64,000 nt of DNA from Anaeramoeba ignava BMAN (lineage: Eukaryota; Protista; Anaeramoebae), in NCBI GenBank assembly GCA_028826165.1, contig JAPDFW010000057.1, positions 434,001 through 498,000 of the forward strand. Direction: 5' to 3'. The notes beneath the pieces were generated by a model. That model saw nothing but the letters and a program-made list of their open reading frames with translations. It ran no database searches and was not told the DNA's origin. Shown here piece by piece: positions 34,101-45,800 of the stretch; within the stretch, counting starts at the first letter, position 1; each line of letters starts with the position of its first letter. Both the position numbers and the translations under genes were made by a program.

Positions 34101-36853
34101 TTAATTTATTTATTAAATTATTTATAAAATTATTTATTAAATTATTTATAAAATTATTTATAAAATTAATTATTAAATTATTTATTAAATTATTTATTAA
34201 ATTATTTATAAATTTATTTATTAAATTATTTATTAATTTATTTATTAAATTATTTATTAAATTATTTATTAATTTATTTATTAATTTATTTATTAAATTA
34301 TTTATTAAATTATTTATAAAATTAAATATTAAATTATTTATTAAATTATTTATAAAATTAAATATTAAATTATTTATTAAATTATTTATAAAATTATTTA
34401 TTAAATTATTTATAAAATTATTTATAAAATTATTTATTAAATTATTTATAAAATTAATTATAAAATTAATTATTAATTTATTTATAAAATTATTTATAAA
34501 ATTATTTATAAAATTATTTATAAAATTATTTATAAAATTATTTATTAATTTATTTATAAAATTATTTATTAAATTATTTATTAATTTATTTATTAAATTA
34601 TTTATAAAATTATTTATAAAATTATTTATTAAATTATTTATAAAATTAATTATTAATTTATTTATAAAATTATTTATTAAATTATTAAATTATTTAGTAA
34701 TCCTTGAACTACAAGAACTATTTGCTTTTTTAATTCTTTCTAATAAGAAATACTTCAATCCTATTAATACTCTCAAAAAAATTTTTGAAATTCAAAATAC
34801 TTCACTCGCACTTGGAAACCAAGAAGACATTACAGAATTCAATCATTTATTTTGTGAAGCTGTTTCTAAAGCACATTCAGATATGGCAATCAAAAAATCA
34901 AATCAAAATCAGGAATCAAAAAAACAAATTGAAGAATTACTTTTTGGAAAAGAATTCCACAAAATTGAAGGAAAAAAAGTCAAAGACGGAAAAAGATTCA
35001 TGAGAATTCATGAACCAAGTTTTGGGCAAATTATTCTCAATTTAAATTCCAATGATTTATATTTAAGTTTAAATCAATATGTTAAACGAGTACCAATAGA
35101 TTTCAAATTGGATGATGAAGAAACTAAAGATTCAACACAGCAAATATTATTTGAGAAGTTACCACCGATATTAACATTTCAACTGCAAAGAGTTCAATAC
35201 GATTTTGTGAAAAACAAAGCAATCAAAAATAATACGCCTTTCCATTTTGATAAAATTATTTATATGGATCGTTATCTTCATTCCAAAAATGACGATTTGG
35301 CAAAAAGTGTTAATAAAACTTCTGATGAGGAAATTGCAAAGCGTAACAAGGAAATACAGCAATTAATCAACTACAAAGAATCTGGAAAGTCGGTTGTGGA
35401 GATTCTAAATCTTGCGATTGATTTTTTGGAGAATCAAGAAGAAAAACCAGACAAAAAAACAATTGAAGAATTAACTCAAAAAAGGGATCAAAACCAGAGA
35501 AAAATCAAGGAACTTGAGCGAGAAAGAGACTTGCTCAAAAAGGCAGAAAACATGCCTTTTCAAAACATGAGGGAACATCCTTATGCATTGTTTGCAGTTG
35601 TGATCCATTCGGGATTGGCAATGAGTGGACACTATTATTCATATATCAATGATATTCGAACAGAGAAATGGTGGAAATTCAATGACAGAATTGTTTCACA
35701 AGTTTCTGAGAAACAAGTTTTTGAGGAAGGAATTGGTGATGGTGTCTCAAAAGGCGCATATTGTTTGTTCTATCACAAAATCAGTATTCACAAAAAAAGC
35801 CAAAAAATTATCCAAAATTTATCTGATAAAAGTTCTGTGTTCTTTCTTCCAAAAAATTATGATTATATCCCACAAGAACTTAAATCAACAGTCGAAAAAG
35901 AAAATAAGAATTTAGAAGACGAAATTTTCGAATTCAATCTCGTAAAAGATTCTCAGATATCAAGAAAAATCAAGGAATTCAAAACACAAATTTCTCATCG
36001 TTTTAAACAAATTGAAACAGAAAATTCACAAAAAAATGAAACAGATGATCCTTTCTTGAAATCTTTTATCCATTTTGTTATTAGTAAAAAGCATTTTTCA
36101 TACGCAAAATTTTTGATTGCAAAACAAATATCTCCAGAATTTATTGATTCAAAAAACAAAGAAAAAGGATTAGAAACTTTAGTAAAAAAAGAAATGAACA
36201 ATTTATATGATTTAAAACAAGGCGAAGAAGAGAAATTGAGCAAAGAATGGGAAGAATATCAACTAGATACAAAAAAAGTTTGTTATAAAAACAAAATATT
36301 ATTTTTCCCTAATTCCAAAAAAAAAATTCTCACTTTTTTCTGTTTTCTTTTTCTTTTTTTTTAGATGTTATTTGGAATTCAATTAATACTTAAGAAAGAT
36401 TTGGAAAGAGCAACAATCCAATTATTATTAACTTATCATGAAATGAAATCAAATCAAAGAGATACTCAAGGAATCGAAATTATTCTCCAACAAGCTTTAT
36501 TAGAATATTATCAAGGATTTAATCAAAAACAATTTGTTTCATCAACTCCAAATTTAGAAAAGGCAAAAAGTATTTCATCACTTGTCGGAACTGTTTTCAA
36601 TCACGAGAAGATATTCGAACCCTTCTTTCAAAAAATTAGACCTTTTTTCTCAAATTTAGTTGAATTTGTTGTGACTAAAACAGAAAATTCCAAAGTTATT
36701 CCAGATCTTTATGAAATTAATCAAAATTTCATTTCTCCATCAAATACAAATTTTCAATTATTTGGATCACCTCAAATACTCAATTCAAAAAAATCTTTGT
36801 TTCAAAAAAGGAAAAGTTGTTTCATCAATTTACTTAAAAGATCTTTTATTTAA
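31140..36853 (+). CDS. Ubiquitin-specific protease (USP25/28- or Ubp2-like) with an N-terminal UIM-like motif. Introns 31453-34697, 36278-36364
   Basis: Cys box 'GLSNVGNSCFINALLQ'; 'GNQEDITEF' restored after the 3245-bp intron; 'LPPILTFQLQR'; His box 'YALFAVVIHSGLAMSGHYYSYI...WWKFND'; coiled-coil insertion inside the catalytic domain; 'LQRVIEESLKD'. Confidence 0.92.
31473..34695 (+). repeat. Intronic, almost pure A/T satellite (11-bp units such as AAATTATTTAT with T/A variants)
   Basis: About 3.2 kb in which I see no G and only four C. Confidence 0.95.
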
Positions 36854-36996
36854 AAGCAAAATTTTAAAAAAATTATTTTTGCTTTCTTTTATTAATTTGA
36901 ATTGGGTTCATTTTTTTTTTTGTTTTGGATTCAAATCCAAAGAAAAAGAAAAAGAAAAGAAAAAGAAATAAAAAGAAAAAAAAAAAGTTATTGATT

Positions 36997-38262
36997 TTAT
37001 TTATTCTTGATCTTAATTGTTTTTGTTGTTAAATCTCTGATTAAAATAACGAGATAAAAAGAAGAAGTTATCAAACATTGAACAAGATGTAAACTTCTTT
37101 GAATTTCTCTTTCCATTGAAAATAATAAGTAAGTTAAAAAAATAATTGAAATTGCACGAAGAATACATTTTTGAGCAATAAGAAAAGGATCTTTTGATTT
37201 GTTAACAATAACAGCTAAAGGATTTGAATTTGAATAACTGGAATTTTGATTTCGATTTTGATTTTGATTTCGATTTTGATTTTGATTTGGATTTTGATTT
37301 CGATTTCCTTTTGCTTTTTTTCTTAAGAAAAATAAATATTTTTGATAATCCAAATTTTTTGGAAGTGAAATTATTGTCAAAGCAGCAATGAAAATTGGAA
37401 ATAAAATATCAATCCATTTGAAAAAACTAATTAAAACACTGACATTTTTTGGATCAACCAAAGAAAAGATTTGGTTTTTAATAAAATTTTGGAATGATTT
37501 TTTATGTTTTAAAATATTTGGATTTTCATCTTCGAAAATCATTGTTTGAGATTGGAATTGATCAGGATCGACTTGAGGAAGTTGGGATTCAACACTGAAA
37601 ACAAAGCAAAAAGAAGAAAGGGAGTTTTTAATTGCTTGTAAAAGAGCATAAGAAAGAAACAATGAAATCATAATGGAATCCAAAATGAATCCTTTTTTGG
37701 TTGCCATGTTGAGTATGGAAACAACGATAATATAGAAAAGAATGATAAAAATTGTGCTCAATTCAAACCAAGTAAGATTTTGTAATATTTTGCATTGAAA
37801 AATTTGATAGAAAACAAGAGCAGAAAGAAAATAACCGACAAATCCAAGAAAAGTTTGTAAAACAAATAAAAGAGTGTTTGATTTTTGAAGTCGAAGATGA
37901 GTTTTGCGGTTGAAATAAAGAACAAAACGAACAACTTGAATTGCTTCAACAACAAGTAAAGTTGGTTTTGAATAAGAAAGAAATCCGTGATAAGATTTAA
38001 TTATTAAATGTGGAGTGTATTTGAAAGTAAGTGTTGAAAATATGAACAGGAGAGGCAGATATAATAAGGAAGAAAACATGATTCGATATATAATATTTGC
38101 TTTCATTAAAATTGATAATATTGCTGCTGTTAATTCATATGAAATCATCGCAAGTGATTGCTTTAATCCTTCTGTTGTTGATAATTCAAAATAAAATGCA
38201 ATGAGAACGAAAACTGAAACTGAAAAATTAAGAAATTTAATAAAATAAAGAAATAGATTCAT
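36997..38262 (-). CDS. Polytopic membrane protein, ICE2-like (SERINC/ICE2 superfamily, tentative)
   Basis: About 8-10 hydrophobic segments. 'FLSYSKPTLLVVEA' and 'GFILDSIMISLFLSY' resemble ICE2 motifs by eye. Confidence 0.5.
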   Translation of the reverse strand: MNLFLYFIKFLNFSVSVFVLIAFYFELSTTEGLKQSLAMISYELTAAILSILMKANIIYRIMFSSLLYLPLLFIFSTLTFKYTPHLIIKSYHGFLSYSKPTLLVVEAIQVVRFVLYFNRKTHLRLQKSNTLLFVLQTFLGFVGYFLSALVFYQIFQCKILQNLTWFELSTIFIILFYIIVVSILNMATKKGFILDSIMISLFLSYALLQAIKNSLSSFCFVFSVESQLPQVDPDQFQSQTMIFEDENPNILKHKKSFQNFIKNQIFSLVDPKNVSVLISFFKWIDILFPIFIAALTIISLPKNLDYQKYLFFLRKKAKGNRNQNPNQNQNRNQNQNRNQNSSYSNSNPLAVIVNKSKDPFLIAQKCILRAISIIFLTYLLFSMEREIQRSLHLVQCLITSSFYLVILIRDLTTKTIKIKNK

Positions 38263-38763
38263 TATTATTTATTATTTTTTTATCTTATTATTTTTTTGGA
38301 AAGGAAAAAAATGAAAAAAATAAAAAAGGGAAAAATTTTTTTTCAATAAGAATTTTTGTTAATTTTCTACTTTTCTAATTTTCTACTTTTCTATTTTGAT
38401 TTTTTAAAATGATTTGTTTTTTTTTTTTGTTTAAGATTTAAATAAATTAAAAAAATAAAATAAGATCTGATCAACCACTCTTTTTTTGGAAAAATAGCAA
38501 ATCATTTTAATTTGAAAAAGTTATTTTTTCTTTTTTATTCTATTTACTTTTTTGATGATTCATTTCACTATCATTATTGAAAAAAAAAAAAATAATAAAA
38601 ACAAAAATTAATCTTTTCGTTTAAAAAAATTTTTTACTTTTTTCCATTTAATTTTTTTTTTTTCTTCTTCAAATTTTTTTCGATTTTTCTGATTTTTTTG
38701 ATTAATTTAGTGAAAACAAAAAAATCTAAATAATAAATAATAACAATAGTTTTTTTTTTATAA

Positions 38764-41700
38764 ATGAATTCCAAAAAAGAAAAAATTCAAGTTCAATCAA
38801 TCAAAAAATATCCAAAAAAAGTAAATTTTTCTCAACAAAATTCCACTACTAATTATCAAATAAATACTGAAAGCATTAATAGAATTCCTTCAATTCTTGG
38901 AGAGAATGATTTACTTCCTTCTCATTTGTTTTATGAAGAAAAAGGAGTAAATAGACCTTCAATAGCACATTTGAAACAAAATGAAAAACCTTTAGAACAA
39001 AATTCTCAAGTATTGAAAAAAAATTGAAAACGAACCATCTTTTTGAATTTTAATTTTGATTTTGATTTTGATTTTAATTTTGTTTTTGATTTTGTTTTTG
39101 ATTTTGATTTTTGATTTTAATTTTGATTTTGAATTTTGATTTTGATTTTGATTTTAATTTTGAATTTAATTTTAATTTTAATTTGATTTTTGTAATTTAA
39201 ATAGATTCCAAGTAATGATGAAAGAATAAATCATAACATTGGAATGGGAGCTGGAGTTATTGCCAGGTCTATTTTAAGTTTAATTGGAGTAATTTACTTT
39301 CTTCGTCTTGGGTTTATTGTTGGATATGCTGGAATTGGATTTGCTATTCTAATCATCATTCTTTCAACATTAGTCACTATCATAACAACATTATCACTTT
39401 CAGCAATTTCATCAAATGGAAGAATCTCAGCAGGAGGTCCATATCATGTTATTTCACGTTCATTGGGTCATGCATTTGGAGGAGCAATTGGAATAGTCAT
39501 TTCTTTATCATTTGTTATAAGTGTAGCTCTATATGCAATGGGACTTGCTGAGACAATGGTTGAGACTTTGGGTTTGAGGATGAGCTCTTCTTTTTATGTT
39601 GAGAGATTATTGTGGGGCTGGATTTTCATGTCTGTTATGTTTCTTGGTATTATTAACGGACTTAGTGTTGTTATTAAAATCCAAGTTTTTCTTCTGGTTA
39701 TTTTGATCATTTCCATTTTATTCATTTTAAGTTCAAGTTTTGGAAGAAATTACTCAAAAGAAATTTTTTGTGAGAATTGGAAACCGTCTTTCACTCACAA
39801 TCAAGATTTTTTCAGTATTTTTTCTTTATTTTTTCCTGCAGTAATAGGTAAAAAAAAAAAAATTTCAAAAACAACTCAAAAAAAAAAGAGGAATAAAAAT
39901 TGATTAAGTAAAAATTATTATCAATGAAAAAAAGGAATTCTCCCACCGAGTAATATTTCAGGAGATTTGAAAACACCACAAAAGGCATTACCTAAGGGAC
40001 TTTTAACTGCTGTTTTGATAACAAGTACTCTTTATCTTCTTACAACACTTATGCTTGGAGCAATTGTTCCTCGTTCAGGAGATTTGGGATTAAAACATAA
40101 TTATTTTATCTTCAAAGAGATTTCTTTTTGGAAGCCAATAGCTTATGTTGGGTTATTTGCAGCAGCATACAGTTCCTCTCTTTCTTCATTTTTATCAGGA
40201 CCAAATATTTTTCAAGCTGTTTGTGAAGATCGGTTGTTTCCAAAAGCGATTAATTTTTTTGGGAAAATAAGTGGATCCAAAAAATTGCCATACAGAGCTA
40301 TTGTGCTAAGTTATTTTTTGTCATTTCTTGCAATACTTCTTGGAGAAATCAATAGGATAGCATCTTATACAACAGCTTTTTTTTTGCTTGCATTTTCATT
40401 GATTAATTGGGCATGTTTCCAAGCTTCAATAGCTCATCTCCCGAGTTTCAGACCTGCCTTCAAATACTACAATCCTTATCTTGCTTTGTTTGGAACAATT
40501 TTGAGTATTGCTCTGATCTTTCTTATCAATTGGATTTCTGCATTGGTTTCTTTAGTTGCTGTTTTGATTCTTTATAAATATCTTGATCTAAGGAAATTGG
40601 ATGTGAATTGGGCTGCAAATCGTGATGGAAGACAGTATTTGAAGGTGCTAAATTCACTTATTAGGTTTGGGAATGTGAAAGAGCACGCAAAAACATTTCG
40701 ACCTGGATATCTATATTTATCAACTTCTACTCCTACCTCTTCCAGAAATTTCTCTCTAATAAACTTCTTTTCTGAATCTTTGAAAGAAGGAAAAGGGATG
40801 TTTATGTTTGGAGAAATTTTGATGGCACAAGAATTGGAAGAGGAGATGAATCGTTCAAAATGGATTGAGCAACGAAATGGATTTATTCATTGGGCTCATT
40901 CTCATTCAGTTAAGATCTTTTATGATATTTTGATTGCAAACTCTTTTCAAAAGGGAGCCAAAAATTTACTTTTATTAACAGGAATTGGGAATTTTAGGCC
41001 GAATATTGTTGTTTTAGATTTTCTTGAGAATTGGAATCAAGAAGAAGAATTTACTAATAAAAATAATACTAATGAAGAAACAAATACTGAATTTATAACA
41101 GAAAACAATTTATCAATTATAGAAAATGAAAAAGAATTTAACAATAATTTAGAAAGAATTGATATTTTTAATACTATTAATAATGAAGAAACAAATACTG
41201 AATTTATAACAGAAAACAATTTATCAATTATAGAAAATGAAAAAGAATTTAATAATCAAAATAATACTAATGAGAAAGAATTTATAACAGAAAATAATTT
41301 ATCAATTGATAATGAAAAAGAATTTAATAATCAAAACAATACTAATGAGAAAGAATTTATAACAGAAAATAATCTATCAATTGATAATGAAAAAGAATTT
41401 AATGATCAAAACAATACTAATGAGAAAGAATTTATAACAGAAAACAATTTATCAATTGATAATGAAAAAGAATTTAATAATCAAAATAATACTAATGAAG
41501 AAACAAATACTGAATTTATAACAGAAAACAATTTATCAATTATAGAAAATGAAAAAGAATTTAATAATCAAAACAATACTAATGAGAAAGAATTTATAAC
41601 AGAAAACAATTTATCAATTGATAATGAAAAAGAATTTAATGATGATGACTTACAAAGAATTGATATTTTTGATACTATTTTTGGAGAAAATGAAAAAGAA

Positions 41701-42639
41701 TTTAATAATCATTTAGAAAGAATTGATATTTTTGATACTATTTTTGGAGAAAATGAAAAAGAATTTATTACAGAAAACGATTTATCAATAATTGAAAATG
41801 AAAAAGAATTTAATAATCAAAATAATAATAATAATATAGAAAGAATCAATATTAATAGTACTATTTCTGGAGAAAATGAAACAGAATTTATTACAGAAAA
41901 CGATTTATCAATTATTGATAAATCTGACTTAGAAAATCAAGAAATTCCTTTGGAAAATTCCAAATTAAAATTTATATATTCAGGAAAAAAATGGGAAATC
42001 CCAAATATTTTTGAAGAACCAAAAAAAAAACAAATCCCAATTAGTGAATACATTCAAATCATCTCTTTATCTTTTGATCTTTCTTATGGAGTGGTTATAA
42101 CAAAAGGAATCGAAGGAATTGACTTGGAAAAAAAATACACAGGAAATATCGATATTTGGTGGCTTTCAGACGATGGAGGATTGACAATATTGATTCCTTA
42201 TCTATTATCGAAAAATAAAAATTGGAGGAAAAGCAAATTAAGAGTATTCTCGCATACTCATCCAGAAAAAATGGGAGAAGACGAAGATGACACTTATTCT
42301 CAAATCAAAAATCTTCTTGAACAATTTCGAATTGATGCTGAAGTGATTGTAACTAAAGAGGTTTTTGAAAAACCCTCTTCAAAATATTTGCAAGATTGGG
42401 AAAACTATTCAGTCTCATCAGGAGAAAAACAAAATCAAACTTTGAAATTGATCAAATTGAGTGAAGTTATTCAAAAAAATTCAAGAAAATCAGATTTTGT
42501 TGTAATTTCAATGCCTTTTCCAGATAAATCAATGAATCCAAAATTATTTATGAGTTGGTTGGATTTTTTAAGTAAGGGAATGCCTCCTTTGATGTTTATA
42601 AGAGGAAATCATAAAAATGTTTTAACTTTCCAAATTTGA
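38764..42639 (+). CDS. SLC12 cation-chloride cotransporter family protein. Introns 39010-39204, 39848-39934
   Basis: 'TTLSLSAISSNG...GGPYHVISRSLG..FGGAIG', 'FFPAVIGILPPSNISGDLK' (across intron 2), 'FRPAFKYY', 'IDIWWLSDDGGLTILIPYLL', C-terminal 'IRGNHKNVLTF'. Confidence 0.95.
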
Positions 42640-42819
42640 AAAAAAAATTTTTTTTTTTGATTTTGATTTTTTCATTTTTTCATTTTTTCATTTTTCTTTT
42701 TTTTTTAAAAAAAAATAAATCCTTTTATTTATCAAAAAATCTGAAAATAGAAAGGAAAAAGATTAAGATTTATTTGTTCTATTACATTTTTTTAACAGAA
42801 AAAAAAAAAAGAAAAAAAA

Positions 42820-45800
42820 ATGGAATTCCAAAAAAATTATAAAATTCTTTTTAAACATTATCAAACTGTAAAATTTTATATGAAAACAAAAGCAATTACA
42901 AAAAAAAAGAAGTATCTTCAGCAATTATTTAGAAACTACATAAATCTACGGGAATTTATTGGAAGAAAAGGGTTTTCAATACAATTTCCAGAAATTTCAG
43001 AAATTTTAAGTGAATCAATTAAAATATTTTGGCGGGATTTTTCAATGATTTGCAAGAAACATGATAAAAAAAGACGAATTGAAGAAATGATTCTTTTCAC
43101 AAAACAGGAGAGCACACTAACAGCATTTGAGTTCTTTGAATTGTGTGCACTTAACCAGGATTTATATGTTCCAAAATTCGCAACATCAATAATATCTTTA
43201 TTGTTTATATTTACAAATGAAGAAAAATATTGGGAGTTTACTGGCGAAGTAAAAAATGATAAGGAAGAAGAGCCGCGGAAAGACGAAGAGAAGACATTGT
43301 TTGTGGACGATTTCTGCTATCAGTTGGTTCGGATTGTATTCAATTTGGTACAAAACAGGGAAGCTTTTCCCGAGATTATGAGACGCAAAAATTTCAGTGG
43401 ATTGGTCAGTATTTTAATTGATAAGCCGTGGATATCATCTCGCACAATATCTCTTCTAGTGCAGTTGTATGTGCAGGTTCTGCAGAAAGTAGGGTCTTTG
43501 AAGGAAACACAAAGAGCATTTGGAGTTGATGATTTGGTCAATTTATTTTTGACGTTAAATCAGAATTTAATTGAAAATAACAAACATCTTTCAATTGAAA
43601 TTTACAATGGATTTTTGACTTGTTTCAAAAACGGACATTTTGAAATTATGCGATCGTTTGAACGGTTGCATGGATATTCTTTTATGTATTCGCATCTTGT
43701 GAGTTTCATGCGCAGAAAAGAGAGCGGACTTTTCTTTTTGCTTCTGGGACTTGTCCACAAGATGCAGTTTCTTGAGACTGTGTATTGCCAACCCGAAGTG
43801 ACAACTCATTTGCGGATGGTGAAAGAGCGAGAAGGGTCACAGGTTCTAACAAATGCGCTTGCGTTCTCTGTGGTATGCGAAGTGTATAAGAATTATTCAA
43901 GCGAGTGGGGAATTGAGAAGGAAATGTTCGAGCGCATAGCATATACTGTACAGAGTCCAAGCACATTTTTCAAGCGGCATATATCACGGTTTCTGCAGGC
44001 GCTTTTCCACAACTTCGCTGTCCTCTCGGGGGATCTTCAGACTAAGACTCTTGATCTTTTTGAGGCTCTTTCAAATAAATACGAATTTACAAGTGAATTT
44101 CGTATTTATGCCAAGTTACTTTTGATCGAACAACCAATTCCGTTTCTTAATGCTTGCGGCAACATGTCGTATCTTGTCCAGAAAAGCAAAAAAAATGCTC
44201 AGTCACTTTGTCAACAAGGAATTTTTGGATTGATTTCCAAAAAATTATTTTTTCTCGGTAAACAAAAAACAGCGAACAAGAACCAAAACCAATACTTCGA
44301 GGAAACATGTTCTGGATTACTTAACTTGCTCGTTTTGCTTCTTGTGATGGATCCAAAAAACATCTCCGTTTTTAGAAAAATTGGAGGATACTCAAATTTA
44401 TTCCAACTTTTAAATTATGAAGAATTACGTCCAAACATTCTTGGAGACATTATCAAAATCCACCAGACAAGCACCAACGAAAACGCGCTGGAAATGGTAA
44501 CAAGTCTGTTCGAGATTGTGAAGAAAAGCGAGCAGGATCAAGATAACTCGGGGAAAGTGCTTGAAGAAAAAACGCTCTCAAAAAACATCGACATATTAAC
44601 CGCAATTGCGATTGCAATGAAAATCTATAAGGATTTAGCAGCTTCCGTCGATGCTTCGATGTGGATTGATTGGACCTTTTCTGTGCTCAAAAAAATCAAT
44701 CACGAATACATTTCGAATTCGGAACGTCCCGAAATGTCAAAAAAAATGGGGGATACTTTGAATTTGCAAGTGTTGATCTTTATTGAGAATATTTTGAAAA
44801 TTCTTGCGCAAGTTGTTCGACAGGGAAGAAAACAGAAGAAGCAACTTGAGCAGTATTTAGAGAAGGTTGGTGTAGAGAATACGTTCGAGTTCATGACGCT
44901 TGTGCCTAGCGCTGAGTTTGGATTGTTTGCAGAGACACTTCTTGACTTTGCATTGGGAGGACGTTTAAAACACGAACAAATAAGTGTTGATCTTAACAAC
45001 AGGATTTTTTCTGTCCTGCCGCCTTTCGCGCACCAACAGATCGGCAACAGTAGTGCGCAGCAAATATTATCCTCAGACACAACGTTTGTAGTTCCGCGCG
45101 TGTCGATAGCACAGTTTCTTTTTGAGAATTACAGCATAATCACTGGGGAAATGCGCATTGAGTATGCGAGGGTTGTGAATGCGCTTATACCTGTGATTGC
45201 GCGTAGAGCCCAGCGCGACACAACGGTTCAGCAAGTCGTCGCCTCTTTGATTAACAAAATATTCATCTTGGCTTCTGATCTCGCAAATGCGCAGAAACTG
45301 TGCAAGGTCGGAGTTGTGCGGATTGTTCTCGCAAATTTTCATGACGTACTTGAACAGGACACAAACTGGCTGCAGACTCTGGCGTTGAGGCTTGTGGAGG
45401 TGTTCGCAATAAACTCGGTTTCCGCGCAGGAGACAAAGATGCTTTTGGGATTCATGAAGAACCAAAAATTCTCTTTGAGTATTCTTCACACATTGATCCG
45501 AATTTGTCGTGTTCCTGAGCGTCCTGACAATTTCATACGCTTCTCCGCGAGCCAAAACAGCCTCAAAAGAACGCGTTGCGGAGAGATTGAGTTCCGAAAC
45601 ATTGAGTCCTTGTGGCCTTCTCAGGAAGGTTATAGTCTTGCTTTCTGGTTCGCTTATAAAGACACTGGATCAACCATTTCTTTGTTTACTTTCAGTTTCA
45701 GCAGCACGAAACCTGAAAATGCCGATCTGCGAACACAAAGCTCAAATGCAAAAAAGAAATCCCCCAAAAATGTGGACGTTGTTGTTATTTCGGTTGATTC

